Source: Candidatus Sericytochromatia bacterium (GTDB taxonomy: Bacteria > Cyanobacteriota > Sericytochromatia > S15B-MN24 > UBA4093). Taken from it: a stretch of DNA of 64,000 nt. The DNA is taken from the NCBI GenBank assembly GCA_036676495.1, contig JAKFCT010000028.1, positions 1 to 64,000 of the forward strand, given 5' to 3'. Position 1 is the stretch's first letter. Each line of letters begins with the position of its first letter. Made by a program: the position numbers and the translations under genes. The notes beneath the pieces were generated by a model, which was not told where the DNA came from, made no database searches, and worked only from the letters and a program-made list of their open reading frames with translations. Of the stretch, positions 48,277-58,699 are shown piece after piece.

Positions 48277-50610
48277 CTAGGCTCCCCAGAGCTCCCGGGC
48301 CAGTTGCGCCCGATGCCAGGAGCGCATCATCTCGAAGATGCCCGCGCCCTTCGCGGCACGGCGAACCCAGCCGCTCGGATCCCGCGCCAGGACCGCCAGC
48401 ACCCGGCGATGCAAGAGCCCCGTGCGGCAGACCGCCTCGCGAACCGCCCAACTCGGGTCCTGGGCGGCCTGCTCGGCCAGTTTCGGCGTCAGGCGCGGGT
48501 TATGGACCGCGGAATAGCGAATGTCGACCAGCCGATCCTGGAGCAGCACGGCCAAAGCCTTGGCCGGCACGTGCGGATTGGAGGCCAGGTCGCGCCGGAC
48601 CTCCGGATCCGGATCCTCCGCCAAGCGCGCGGCCGCCATCGGGGTCAAGTCCGAGCGCTGGGCCAGCATCTTGCGCAGATCCGGCTCCGGATCCTCGGCG
48701 AGCGCCTCGAAGGCCGCCGGTACCACCCGGGGATTCTCCAGCAGCGCGACCCGCACCCGGAAATCCGGATCCTGGGCGAGTTGAGCCTGGACCTGGCGGC
48801 CTGAAGCGGCATGACGGGCCACATCCTCGCGCAGGGAGACCTCCGAGGCCCCTGCCAGGGCCATGAGGACCTCGGCAGGCACCTGAGCCATGGCCAAGAG
48901 ATCGCGCTTCGCCTCCGCCGGCAGCCTCGGATCCTGGGCCAGGTCCTGCCACATGGCCGCGGTCGCCAGGGGATGCGTCAAGGCGGCCCAGCGGATGTTG
49001 CGGTCGGGATCCCCCATGAGGCGGCGCAGGGCCTTCTCGGAGGAGCGCGGGTTCTGGGCCACGCCCGCCCGGGCCTTGCGCTCGGTATCCTCGGCCAGGC
49101 GCGTCAGGGTCTCCGAGGGCGTGCGGGGATGCCAGGCCACCGCAGCCCGCACCTCGGGAACCTCGTCGCGGGAAAGCCGCTCCAGGGTGTCGGGCGAGGC
49201 ATTGGCATGCATGGCCACGTGATACCGAAGCAAGGGATCCCGCTCATGGGCCAGCAGCGCGAGGGCGGGCGAGGAGGTCGTAGGCGCCTCGGCGAGCGTT
49301 CGCATGGCCTGGAGATCCATGCCCTGGGCGAGCGCCTTGGCACAGGCCACGGGCGTCGCGTACGAGTGGGTGAGGACTCCGAAGCGAATGCGGTCGATCG
49401 GGTCCTCTGCGAGCCGCTCCAGGGCCTCGGCGGGGGTGGCGGGATGCCGGGAGGTCAGGGCGCGGACCTCCTCGTCGGGATGCGTGGCGAGGCGGGCGAG
49501 CGAATCGGGCGAGAGGACGGGAATCCGGGCGATCGCCCTCAGCACGTTGACGTCGGGATCGTGGGCCAGGCGCTCCCGAACCGAGGGGGGAAGGGCGGGG
49601 TGCATCGCCAGGCGCGCGCGCAGCTCGGGCTCCCCGGCCCCGGAGAGGGCCTCGAGCACCGAGGGGACCACGTTGCGGTGCGTCAGCACGTCCTGGCGGG
49701 CCTGGAGGGTGCCACGTCGCGCCAGGGTGACCAGGCCCGCGGGCGGGGTCATCGGATGGACGGCCACCCGTTCCTGGATGCGCGGATCGGGATCCTCGGC
49801 CAGGATCCGGAGCATCGAGGAGGTGGCTCCCTTGGAGCGGGCGAGTTGCAGGCGCACCTCGGCGTCGGAATCGCGGGCCATGCGCTCGAGGGTCGCCTCG
49901 ACGGTCCGGGGGTCCCGGGCGACGCGGATCCGCAGTTGGGGATCGGGATCGCGGGAGAGGGCGTCCAGCACCTCGAGGTCGGCCTTGGCATTGGAGAGGA
50001 CGGCCTCACGGACCTCGCGGTCGATGTCGGAGGCCAAGGCCAGCAAGATCTCTGCCGTGGCCCTGGGGTGGGAAGCCACGGCGAAGCGGACGGAGGGATA
50101 GGGAGAGCGCGCGAACGCCTCGAGAATCCGATCGTCGATCCGGGGGTGAACGAGGATGGCATGGGCGATCGCCTCGTCCGCCGCCGAGCTGAGGGCTTCG
50201 AGGACGGCGCGGTTGGCATAGGGATTCTCGGCCAGCGCCAGGCGCACCTCGGGATCGACATCCTGCGCCAGGCGTAGCATGACGGAGGGAGGCAGATCCC
50301 CGCGACGGGCCAGCTGGGCCCTGAGGAGCGGGTCGGGGTCCGCCGCCAGGTGATGCAAGACCTCGGGGGTGACGTCCTTGCGGGAGAGGAGGGCCGCGCG
50401 GATGGCCGGGGACATGTCCGCGGCAAGGGCCTCCAGGACGGTGGAGGAGACCTGGGGGTCGTGGGCGACCTTGAGGCGGGCGGTGGGGTCTTCAGGCAGG
50501 GGGGCGTCGCGGCGGGGCAGCTCGACGGTCGATCCCAAGGGCAACGTGCGAGAGCGCTGAAAGCGATCTCGGCTGAGCGAAGCGGTTTGGCGTCGCGGCT
50601 CCTGGGTCAT
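48277..50610 (-). CDS. Leucine-rich-variant (LRV)/HEAT-like repeat protein
   Basis: Many ~24-aa repeats of LAxDPDxxVRxxVAxHPxTxxxxL. Confidence 0.85.
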   Translation of the reverse strand: MTQEPRRQTASLSRDRFQRSRTLPLGSTVELPRRDAPLPEDPTARLKVAHDPQVSSTVLEALAADMSPAIRAALLSRKDVTPEVLHHLAADPDPLLRAQLARRGDLPPSVMLRLAQDVDPEVRLALAENPYANRAVLEALSSAADEAIAHAILVHPRIDDRILEAFARSPYPSVRFAVASHPRATAEILLALASDIDREVREAVLSNAKADLEVLDALSRDPDPQLRIRVARDPRTVEATLERMARDSDAEVRLQLARSKGATSSMLRILAEDPDPRIQERVAVHPMTPPAGLVTLARRGTLQARQDVLTHRNVVPSVLEALSGAGEPELRARLAMHPALPPSVRERLAHDPDVNVLRAIARIPVLSPDSLARLATHPDEEVRALTSRHPATPAEALERLAEDPIDRIRFGVLTHSYATPVACAKALAQGMDLQAMRTLAEAPTTSSPALALLAHERDPLLRYHVAMHANASPDTLERLSRDEVPEVRAAVAWHPRTPSETLTRLAEDTERKARAGVAQNPRSSEKALRRLMGDPDRNIRWAALTHPLATAAMWQDLAQDPRLPAEAKRDLLAMAQVPAEVLMALAGASEVSLREDVARHAASGRQVQAQLAQDPDFRVRVALLENPRVVPAAFEALAEDPEPDLRKMLAQRSDLTPMAAARLAEDPDPEVRRDLASNPHVPAKALAVLLQDRLVDIRYSAVHNPRLTPKLAEQAAQDPSWAVREAVCRTGLLHRRVLAVLARDPSGWVRRAAKGAGIFEMMRSWHRAQLARELWGA

Positions 50611-50702
50611 GGCCCTCTCCTGGAAAGTCCCACCATCGGAGTTGTCGTCGCCTTAACCGGGATTCTTGCCGGGGTCGCGGGCGGGCGGCACGGCCAAATG
50701 CA

Positions 50703-50732
50703 GAGGGCCGAGATCTTTCGATCTCGGCCCTC
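50703..50732 (-). terminator. Hairpin downstream of tRNA-Asp
   Basis: GAGGGCCGAGATC-tttc-GATCTCGGCCCTC. Confidence 0.6.
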
Positions 50733-50734
50733 AG

Positions 50735-50808
50735 CGGGACTGACGGGGCTCGAACCCGCGACCTCCGCCTTGACAGGGCGGCATTCTAACCAACTGAACT
50801 ACAGTCCC
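50735..50808 (-). tRNA. tRNA-Asp (GTC), CCA not encoded
   Basis: GGGACTGTAGTTCAGTTGGTTAGAATGCCGCCCTGTCAAGGCGGAGGTCGCGGGTTCGAGCCCCGTCAGTCCCG folds as a cloverleaf. Confidence 0.97.
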
Positions 50809-50818
50809 AACAGAATTA

Positions 50819-50847
50819 ATACTAGCGGCTTCCTAGGCCGACGTCAA
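50819..50847 (-). promoter_or_regulatory. sigma70 promoter of tRNA-Asp
   Basis: TTGACG-N17-TAGTAT with an A8 UP-like tract upstream. Confidence 0.75.
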
Positions 50848-50873
50848 CCCTTTTTTTTCCTCCGGCTTAATCT

Positions 50874-51761
50874 TTATTTCTGCACCACCACGACATCTCC
50901 CTGGCGCAAGCGGGCATACAAGTCCTCGATGTCTTCGTTGTAGAGCCGCATGCAGCCGTGAGACGCGTCGGTGCCGATGGATCGGCGGGTGAAAGTCCCG
51001 TGGATCTCCTCGCCATTTCGGGTGATTTTGCCGGTTTCGGGATCGTACTTGCTGAGATCCACCAGGCGCGTGCCGAAGGCCTTGCCGCCGGATTCGGGCC
51101 AGAGTTGGCGGGCGACGGCCGTGGGATCCTTGAGGAAGCCGGAGACGATCTTGATCATGGGATCGGTCTCGGTGCCGGGGGCGCCGGTGGCGATCGGGTA
51201 GATGCGCTCGATCTTGCCTTGCTTGTCGTAAAGGAAGAGGCGGTGCTCGGAGGTATCGACGGCGATGCGGGCGGGCTTGCCCTTGACCTGGGGGGCCGCG
51301 GGGAAGGCCTTGGGGGAGATGGCGGGATCGTCCCAGGCCTTCTTGCCTTCGGCAGGCGCCACCTCATCCAGGGCTTTGAGCGTCTTGGCGTCGAGTTCCC
51401 CGGTCATCGGTAGGCCCTGGCTGGACTGGAATCCCTTGAGAGCCAGCTTGACCTCATTGCCGAACCCGCCGTCTGCACCGGAGGGAAGGCCGAAGCCCAG
51501 GTCAAGAAGGGCGTTTTGAAGGGCTTTGATGCCCTCGCCCTTGGCTCCCGTGGTGAGGGTCTTGCCCGTGAGCACCCCGAGCAGGTCCTCATGGGCGCTG
51601 AAGCGGGAGTTCGACAGCTTGGGGGTGAGCGAGAGGGAGTCTCCGCCGGCGCGCACGGGGGACTTGGGGGCGTTAGGGGGCGTCTGCGTGAGAAGGCCGG
51701 CCCAATTGGGAGCTTTCTGGGCCCGTTGACCGAAAATCGTGCTGATCAGTCCGCTACGCAT
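50874..51761 (-). CDS. L,D-transpeptidase (YkuD) with peptidoglycan-binding domain
   Basis: PG_binding_1 (LQNALLDLGF..ADGGFG..FQSSQGL..TG), catalytic IHGT...SHGCMRL; no signal peptide. Confidence 0.88.
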   Translation of the reverse strand: MRSGLISTIFGQRAQKAPNWAGLLTQTPPNAPKSPVRAGGDSLSLTPKLSNSRFSAHEDLLGVLTGKTLTTGAKGEGIKALQNALLDLGFGLPSGADGGFGNEVKLALKGFQSSQGLPMTGELDAKTLKALDEVAPAEGKKAWDDPAISPKAFPAAPQVKGKPARIAVDTSEHRLFLYDKQGKIERIYPIATGAPGTETDPMIKIVSGFLKDPTAVARQLWPESGGKAFGTRLVDLSKYDPETGKITRNGEEIHGTFTRRSIGTDASHGCMRLYNEDIEDLYARLRQGDVVVVQK

Positions 51762-51963
51762 GGCATCCCCCTTCTGGTGACTTGACGCTCGAGGTGACGA
51801 TTCGTTAATGGGTTATCCGGGGGGACGCGGGGGCGCTTGCGGGGGTTTGGCAAGTTTAAGTCAACTTTAACCGGGTTCAGCGCCGAAGGGCGCGCGGGGG
51901 GAAACGTGCGCGCGCCTGCCGGGAGCCACGAGACCCCCGGCAGGCGCGCGCGGTGGGGCAGGT

Positions 51964-52635
51964 TTAGAAGACGAAGCCCAGGCCCAGGTAGGGGCCGACG
52001 AGGTTGTAGGTCTCGGGTCCCGTGAGGAGGGTCTGGGTGCGGACTCCCGCGTCCACGCCGATGATGTTGGTGAGGGAGTAGCCGATTCCGAGCTTGCCAT
52101 CGAGCACCATGCGGTTGGCCCCGGCGATGCTGAGCCAGGGCGTATAGCCCACGCGTCCTTGCAGCACGAAGCGCTGGGGCAGGTTCAGGTCGAAGATGAG
52201 GCCCAGGGCGACTCCGACTCCGGTGCCGGGGGTGTAGCCGAGGTACTTGGCGCCGCCGGTGCCGGTGAGGGCCCAGCCGAAGACGCCGGTGCCGCTCTGG
52301 AAGAACTTGACCTTGCCTTCGAGGTCGGCGCTGGTGACGTTGCCGTAGCCGGGGAAGGCTCCGGTGAAGCCCCAGATCCCGAAGGAGAGGTTGGGAGTGA
52401 ACCAGAGGTTTGCGGCGAGGCCGGGCGCGAGGGTCGAGGCCGCGGTGGCCGGGGAGCTCAGGAAGGGGTACCAGCCGAAGAGTCCGACGGCTCCCGAGGG
52501 TTTCGGGGTGGAGTAGGCCGTGACCGCGCCGGACGGGCGCTGGGGCTGAGAGGTCCGCATCTGGGCGAACCCGGGGGTGCTGTACGCGAGGACGAGCCCC
52601 GTCCCGAGGGCGGTGGCCCAGAGCACCTTGAGCAT
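51964..52635 (-). CDS. Secreted outer-membrane beta-barrel-like protein
   Basis: Signal peptide, alternating beta-strands, C-terminal GPYLGLGFVF. Confidence 0.6.
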   Translation of the reverse strand: MLKVLWATALGTGLVLAYSTPGFAQMRTSQPQRPSGAVTAYSTPKPSGAVGLFGWYPFLSSPATAASTLAPGLAANLWFTPNLSFGIWGFTGAFPGYGNVTSADLEGKVKFFQSGTGVFGWALTGTGGAKYLGYTPGTGVGVALGLIFDLNLPQRFVLQGRVGYTPWLSIAGANRMVLDGKLGIGYSLTNIIGVDAGVRTQTLLTGPETYNLVGPYLGLGFVF

Positions 52636-52781
52636 GGTTGCCTCCTCTCATGTCCGGACCCGGGCGGGCCCCGAGAGGGTCGGCCCCGGGGCCCCTCCGA
52701 TCATAAGAGGGGGACCCCCGGGCGCGACCACGGCCAAATTAGACAAGACTGGCGCGGGAAACGCGCGCGCGGACGGCGCTC

Positions 52782-52894
52782 AGCGCCCGCGGCTGTTGCG
52801 AGGCGCCCGTGGCGGGGGGACCAGGAAAGCGAGCGATAAGCGAGAACCGCATGGATAGAGGCTGAAAATCAAAGCTCGCGGTCCTGCCGCAACG
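52782..52894. repeat. Dispersed repeat, inverted copy with a longer unrelated interior
   Basis: Reverse complement reads CGTTGCggCAGG...GCCACGGGCGCCTCGCAACAGCCGCGGGCGCT. Confidence 0.65.
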
Positions 52895-52903
52895 AAGATT
52901 GCG

Positions 52904-53389
52904 CTAGCGATCCGGGTGAACGAAGCTGCCGGTCAGCGTGGTGCCCGCGAGAGAGACCTCGGCCTGGATCGTGACGTTCAGGCGCTCGAAGGAGGCTTCG
53001 GGGAAGGCATAGAAGAACAGGCTGCCGTCCTCCTGGTTGGTGGCGGCGGTCATGGCGATCTGCTTGCCGTTCGAGAGTTTCAGGGTGGCCTGGGCTCCGG
53101 CGGCGAAGGGAATGGGGTTCAGTCCGGCGTCCCAGGGGAAGAGGTAGAGCGTGTAGGAGCCCCGCGGCGGCGTGAAGCCGAGGAACTCCAGGTACCGCGA
53201 GCCGGACGGCTGCAGCTGGCCGCCGTAGAGGCCGCGCTGGGGGACGGTCGTTCCCGGGGAGCTTCCCGGATCGGGAGAGCCGATGGTCACCCGTTCGGGG
53301 GTGTCGGGGGCCGTGGGGTAAAGCTCGGCTTGGCAGGCCCAGAGGGCCAGGGCGAGCATGGGGGCGAGCAGGACGGGGCGCATCTTCAT
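52904..53389 (-). CDS. Lipoprotein of unknown function
   Basis: Lipobox LWAC, Pro-rich linker, beta-rich domain. Confidence 0.65.
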   Translation of the reverse strand: MKMRPVLLAPMLALALWACQAELYPTAPDTPERVTIGSPDPGSSPGTTVPQRGLYGGQLQPSGSRYLEFLGFTPPRGSYTLYLFPWDAGLNPIPFAAGAQATLKLSNGKQIAMTAATNQEDGSLFFYAFPEASFERLNVTIQAEVSLAGTTLTGSFVHPDR

Positions 53390-53458
53390 AGCCGCATTCT
53401 ACCCCGAAACGGCTCGCCACGAAACCGGGCCGCCCGTCGCGGGGCGGCCCGGAAGGCG

Positions 53459-53821
53459 CTACAGGAAGCGGACGACGGTGGTCACCTTGGCATGGGTACG
53501 GGGGTCCTCCCCGATGATGTCGATCTTCTGGGGGTCGCCGGATTCGTCCTCCTCGACTTGCAGCTTCGAGGTGCAGATCACGGAGTGGGTCATGCGATCG
53601 GCGTTCTCCACCTCCTGGTGCCCGATCTGGATATCGACGGCGCAGGCCTCGGAGCCCTTCTGCTCGCTCATCACGGCCAGCAAGGGGGCCCGCTCGGCGA
53701 GGACCTTGTCCCCGAACTCGTCGCTCTTGACCTCGACCCGGACATCGGCCTTGCGCTTGATGGTGCTGATGCTGTTGAGGTAGCCCATCCATTGGTCGGT
53801 GGGAATGACTCGGGTACCCAT
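53459..53821 (-). CDS. DUF5335-like protein
   Basis: TRVIPTDQW..YLNSIS...VRVEV....GD.VLAE..PL pattern. Confidence 0.65.
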   Translation of the reverse strand: MGTRVIPTDQWMGYLNSISTIKRKADVRVEVKSDEFGDKVLAERAPLLAVMSEQKGSEACAVDIQIGHQEVENADRMTHSVICTSKLQVEEDESGDPQKIDIIGEDPRTHAKVTTVVRFL

Positions 53822-54066
53822 AAGCCCTCCTTCTCGTCACGCTTGGACCGGCTCGGACCCCAGGGTTCGCCGGCTCATGCTCCGCCGGCCGATCCGGGCG
53901 CATTCCTCCGGTGGGCCCATCTTAACAAAGGGGTTCCCGCGACAAAAGCGACGAGCCAGCTTCATGAGGGCGGAACCGCGCGCCCCACAAACCTCCTCGT
54001 CCTCTCTGGACGTGGGCGCCCGGCTCCTGCTCTGAGAGAGTGAGGGGGGACCGCGAGGAGGGCTGC

Positions 54067-55539
54067 ATGTTAAGCGCGTTACGCCAACTCTTGACCCAGA
54101 GCGTCATCTACGGGCTGGGATCCGTCGCCGGTAGCATGGTGAGCTTCCTGTTGATCCCGCTCTACACCCACCACTTGAGCCCCGCGCAGTACGGGCAACT
54201 GGAAACGATCCTGGCCACCTACCAGATTGGCCTGATCCTCTTCGCCTGGGGCATGGCGAGCTCGCTTTACGGGACCTACTTCGGCCGCTGCAAGGACGAG
54301 GAGGAGCGCCGCACGCTGGTCACCACCGCGATCCTCATGGTGCTCGGCGTCGCGGGCCTCATGGCGGCCCTCGGCACCTGGGCGGCCCCCCAGCTCTCGG
54401 CGCTGCTTCCCGATCTCGACGTCGCGCACCTGCGCGCCGTCATCGGCCTCGCCGCCCTGGGCGCCTTGGGCCTCCTGCCCCTCTCCATCCTGAGGGCCCG
54501 CCAGAAACCCCATCTCTTCGTCGCCCTCACCCTCAGCCAGCTCATCCTGACCGTCGGGCTCAACCTCTACCACGTCGGCGTGCTCGGCATGGGCATCGAA
54601 GGCGTCCTTCGCAGCATGGCGATCGTCCAGGGGGGCCTCGCCGTGATCACCCTGGGAGGCATCTTCTGGAAGTACCCCTTGCGCTTCAGCCCACGGCTCG
54701 CCTGGACGCTGCTCAGCTGGGGGGGGCTTCACCTTCCCAACTCCGTCGCCGCCTGGATCACCCAGCTCACCGACCGCTACTTCCTGCTTTGGTTCACCAC
54801 CGCCACCCAGGTCGGCGTCTACTCGCTCGGCAGCAAGCTCGGGATGATCGTCATGGTCGGCCTCGCGACCCCCTTCTCCCTGGCCTGGCCCGCCTACATG
54901 TACTCGCTCGCCGAGAAGGACCCCGAAGGCGCCCCGCGCATCTACTCGGCCGCCCTCACCTACCTGATGCTGGCTGCCGCCGTGGCCTTCCTCGCCCTCT
55001 CGCTCTTCGCCCCCGAGATCATCCGGCTCATCGCCAACGACTCCTACCAGGGAGCCGGAGAGGTCATCCCCTTGCTCGTCCTCGCCTCCGTGCTCGCCAC
55101 CGCCCATCCCGTCTTTCTCACCGGGGTCAACCTCGCCCGGCGCTTCGGCTTCTACCTGCTCTTCACCGGCGTCGGAGCGAGCGTCAACCTGGGCCTCAAC
55201 TGGCTCTTGATCCCCCGCATGGGCGCCATGGGAGCCGCCCTCGCCAAGGTCGCCAGCTACGCGGCAGTCGCCGCCATCAGCTACACGGTGGCCCAGCGGC
55301 TTCACCCCATTCCCTACGACTGGAAACGGCTCGGGAAGCTCACGGTCGCTTGTCTTGGGATCTACATCGCCGGCCAGTTCGCAGCCGCGTCCGGACCTTG
55401 GAGCCTGCCGCTACGGCTGCTGGCCTTCATGGCCTTTCCCCTCGCGCTCCATGCGCTCGGGTTCCTCACCGCCCCCGAGAAGCGGCACCTCAAGCGCCAG
55501 CTCAAACGGTTCCTTCCCGGACGCGCCCCGGCAGCTTAG
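54067..55539 (+). CDS. Wzx/MATE-like oligosaccharide flippase
   Basis: SVIYGLGS, FLLIPLYTHHLSPAQYG, DRYFL, VGVYS, NWLLIPRMGAMGAA; many TM segments. Confidence 0.88.
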   Translation: MLSALRQLLTQSVIYGLGSVAGSMVSFLLIPLYTHHLSPAQYGQLETILATYQIGLILFAWGMASSLYGTYFGRCKDEEERRTLVTTAILMVLGVAGLMAALGTWAAPQLSALLPDLDVAHLRAVIGLAALGALGLLPLSILRARQKPHLFVALTLSQLILTVGLNLYHVGVLGMGIEGVLRSMAIVQGGLAVITLGGIFWKYPLRFSPRLAWTLLSWGGLHLPNSVAAWITQLTDRYFLLWFTTATQVGVYSLGSKLGMIVMVGLATPFSLAWPAYMYSLAEKDPEGAPRIYSAALTYLMLAAAVAFLALSLFAPEIIRLIANDSYQGAGEVIPLLVLASVLATAHPVFLTGVNLARRFGFYLLFTGVGASVNLGLNWLLIPRMGAMGAALAKVASYAAVAAISYTVAQRLHPIPYDWKRLGKLTVACLGIYIAGQFAAASGPWSLPLRLLAFMAFPLALHALGFLTAPEKRHLKRQLKRFLPGRAPAA

Positions 55540-55551
55540 CCGGGGCTCCGT

Positions 55552-56874
55552 CTAGCCCAGGAGGACGCTGGCCCCCGGCGCCTCCGCCACGGCGCGCCGC
55601 GCCCCTTCCAGGGCGAAAACATCCATCCGAGAGTTCTTGCCCCGCATGGCCACCCCCTCGATGGGCCGAGCCTCGACCCAGGCGGAAACCGCCTGATAGG
55701 TTTCATGGCTCATCAGGACGTCCACCGCATGCTCCTTGGTGAGCGCCTCCAGGCGGCTCGCAGTGTTCACCACGTCGCCCACCGCCGTGTAATCCAGGCG
55801 CAGGGACGTCCCGATGTTGCCCACCACGCATTCTCCCGTGTGGAGCCCAATCCCGATGGCGATCGCCGGCTCTCCCCGCTGCGCGCGCTCGTGATTGAAC
55901 GCTTCGAGCGCGGCGCGCATCGCCAGGGCCGCCTTCACCGCCTGCTCCGCATGGTCCTCGGCCTCCACCGGAGCCCCGAAGAACGCCATGATCCCGTCGC
56001 CCATGTACTTGTCGAGCGTGCCGCCGTGGGCAAAGACGGCATCCACCATGCGCGAGAGATAGGTATTGAGGAAGGTCACCACTTCTTCGGGAAGCATCCG
56101 CTCGCTCATCTGGGTAAAGCCCCGGATATCCGCGAAGAGGACCGTGATCCGCCGCCGCTGCCCCGCGGCCGGCATTTGCCCGTCACTGAGGACCGTCGTG
56201 GCGATCTGCGGCGAGACGTAGCGGGAAAGGACCGTCTGAACCCGGTCCTTCTCGAACTGTTGCGCCACCGCCTGGTCGATCAGCTGGCGCGACTTCGCGA
56301 TGATCAGCTGGGCCACCCCGATCGACGCCAATGCCAGGATCAGCAGCAACCCGATGGAGACCGGGTGCACCGGGTGGCCGTGCCGGTAGTCGAGGGCGAT
56401 CGCCCCCAAAGTGAGGATCAGGGACAAGAGGCCGCTGAACAAGGCCGCCTTGCGGTCGAAGCGTACCGCGGCGTAGCCGTTCAAGAGAAAGGCGAAGTAA
56501 AGCACCGGATCGAACGCCACGATCGACATGTCTGCGACCGTCACCAGGCGATTGAGCGAATGGTTGAGCAGAATGCCGCCCAGCAGGCCGTACTCCAGGA
56601 GGGAGGAGGCGTAGGGAAGGGTCTGATCGTAGCAGCCGGCCTTGATGATCCGCGCGATGACTCCGCAGCCGACCAGGCCGGCGGTGAGGATCCCGACGTC
56701 CCAGTAGAAGGCGAGCGGGGGCTGTCCGCCGTGGGTAACGTAGACGGTGGGCATGACCACCAGCAGCACGGTGATGATCAGGATGGCGCTGACCTGGTTG
56801 ACCCGGATCTCGGCCTTGCGGTTCTCGGCGGCGATCAGGTCTTCGACGGTGGGAGCGAGCTTGAGTTCGATCAT
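55552..56874 (-). CDS. Membrane-bound class III adenylate cyclase
   Basis: LFADIRGFT, LDKYMGDG, GLHTG, DYTAVGDVVNTASRLE; TM-rich N-terminus. Confidence 0.9.
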   Translation of the reverse strand: MIELKLAPTVEDLIAAENRKAEIRVNQVSAILIITVLLVVMPTVYVTHGGQPPLAFYWDVGILTAGLVGCGVIARIIKAGCYDQTLPYASSLLEYGLLGGILLNHSLNRLVTVADMSIVAFDPVLYFAFLLNGYAAVRFDRKAALFSGLLSLILTLGAIALDYRHGHPVHPVSIGLLLILALASIGVAQLIIAKSRQLIDQAVAQQFEKDRVQTVLSRYVSPQIATTVLSDGQMPAAGQRRRITVLFADIRGFTQMSERMLPEEVVTFLNTYLSRMVDAVFAHGGTLDKYMGDGIMAFFGAPVEAEDHAEQAVKAALAMRAALEAFNHERAQRGEPAIAIGIGLHTGECVVGNIGTSLRLDYTAVGDVVNTASRLEALTKEHAVDVLMSHETYQAVSAWVEARPIEGVAMRGKNSRMDVFALEGARRAVAEAPGASVLLG

Positions 56875-56914
56875 GGGTGACCTCCCTCCCCCGTATACCC
56901 CAAATTCCTGCTTG

Positions 56915-58528
56915 CTAGGCGGAGGGGCTCATCTCCAGGACGGCCATGGCGATGTCGGCGGCGTGGTCGTTGATGCGCTGCCAGCCGTTGATCAGCTCGA
57001 GGTGGATGGCCGAGGTGTTGCGGGTATCGATCAGGCCCGACCAGAGGCGTCCCAAGTGGGCCTGGCGCAGGTCGCGCTCCATGCGCGCGATCTTGGGCTT
57101 GGTTTCGAGCACGCTCTCCGCCAGCGCCCGATCCGAGGTCATGAAGGCGACGATCGCCATGTCCAGGTTGGTGGTGACCTTCTGGTGCATCTCCAGCAGC
57201 TCCTGGATGCCTTCGGGCGAGAAGGAGAGGCCCAGGTCGATCATCTTGCGGCCGAGCATGGAGAGCTTGGTGAGGGCGTCTCCGATGTGCTCCAGGTCGT
57301 TGACGATGTAGAGGATGCTCGCGGCCTTGCGCGACTCCTCGGCCGTCAGGGCGTTCTGCGAGAGGTTGGCCAGGTAGTGGACGATGGCCCGGGTGAGGGC
57401 GTCGAGCTCGGACTCCAGCTTCGCGAGGCGATCGAGGATGTCCTCGTCGACCTTCAAGAAGAGCTCCATGGCCTCGCTCATCATGATCTGGACCCGATCG
57501 GCCATGCGCCGGACCTCGCGGTTGGCGGCGCCGAGGGCGAGCACGGGGGATTCGAGGATGCGCTCGTCGAGGTAGCGGATCTGGAAGCCGACCTCCTCGC
57601 TGGGGTTGTTGGGAAGGAAGCGCTTGATGAGGGCGGCCAAGGGGCCCGCCAGGGGGAGAAACATCAGCGACAGGCCGACGTTGAAGAGGGTATGGCCCAT
57701 GGCGATCTGGCGTGGGGCGTCTTCCGCGGTCATGCGGACCAGGGCGGTGAAGGGTTCGAGCAAGGGCACGGCGATGAGCACGCCCGAGATCTTGACCAGG
57801 GCGTGCACCGCTGCGACCCGCTTGGCCTCGAGGGGCGCTCCGATGGAGGCGATCAGGGAGGTGGCGCAGGTGCCGACGTTGGCCCCGAGCATGAGGGGGA
57901 GCGCCGTGGAGAGGGGCATGACGTCGTGGGCGGCGAGCACGAGGGTCAGGCCGATGATGGCGGCCGAGGAGTTGACGGCCGCGGTGGCGAGGGCGCCCAG
58001 CAGGACTCCGAGCCAGATGTCGCGGCCGAGGGCGATCATCATGTCGGCGACCATGGGGGAGTCCTTGAGGGGGGCCATGGTCTGGCCGAAGAGGTGGATG
58101 GCCAGGAAGATCAGGCCGAAGCCGAGGATGGCCTGCCCGAGGTGCTTGAGGAAGGACTTGCGGGCGATGCGCGAGAGCAGGAAACCCAGGGCGACCAGGC
58201 CCATGGCGTAGTCGGTGATCTTGAAGGCGATCAGCTGGACCGTGACGGTGGTGCCGATGTTGGCGCCGAGGATGACGGCGATGGTCTGCTCGAACGACAA
58301 GAGGCCCGCCCCGACGAAGGAGACGAGCAGGACGGTGGTGGCGCCGGAGCTCTGCATGATGGCGGTCATGGCCGTGCCGAGCAGCATCCCGCGCAAGCGG
58401 GTGGTGGTCAGCGTGTTGACCATGGTGCGCAGGCGAGCGCCTGCGGCCTGCTGGAGACCTTCGCCGGCCATATGCATGCCGAGCAGGAGGAGGGCGACTC
58501 CTCCCAGGATGGTGAGCAGAATCTGCAC
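56915..58528 (-). CDS. Na+/Pi cotransporter with PhoU-like C-terminal domain
   Basis: QSSGATT, LGANIGTT, LGANVGT; C-terminal DLEHIGD. Confidence 0.92.
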   Translation of the reverse strand: MQILLTILGGVALLLLGMHMAGEGLQQAAGARLRTMVNTLTTTRLRGMLLGTAMTAIMQSSGATTVLLVSFVGAGLLSFEQTIAVILGANIGTTVTVQLIAFKITDYAMGLVALGFLLSRIARKSFLKHLGQAILGFGLIFLAIHLFGQTMAPLKDSPMVADMMIALGRDIWLGVLLGALATAAVNSSAAIIGLTLVLAAHDVMPLSTALPLMLGANVGTCATSLIASIGAPLEAKRVAAVHALVKISGVLIAVPLLEPFTALVRMTAEDAPRQIAMGHTLFNVGLSLMFLPLAGPLAALIKRFLPNNPSEEVGFQIRYLDERILESPVLALGAANREVRRMADRVQIMMSEAMELFLKVDEDILDRLAKLESELDALTRAIVHYLANLSQNALTAEESRKAASILYIVNDLEHIGDALTKLSMLGRKMIDLGLSFSPEGIQELLEMHQKVTTNLDMAIVAFMTSDRALAESVLETKPKIARMERDLRQAHLGRLWSGLIDTRNTSAIHLELINGWQRINDHAADIAMAVLEMSPSA

Positions 58529-58699
58529 TGAAGCCTCGAATGGTGAGGGTTTCCGCCCCCATGATAGCCCGACTCCAGGAAAAAACCAAGCCTTGGCGCT
58601 TCTTGGTCAATATGGCGGGCAAACCCGGACGAGAAGGACGAGGAGGCATGGCCCGCTCGTCTGCTAGGATGCCTCTCATTCCCGGAAGAGGAGGTGGCC

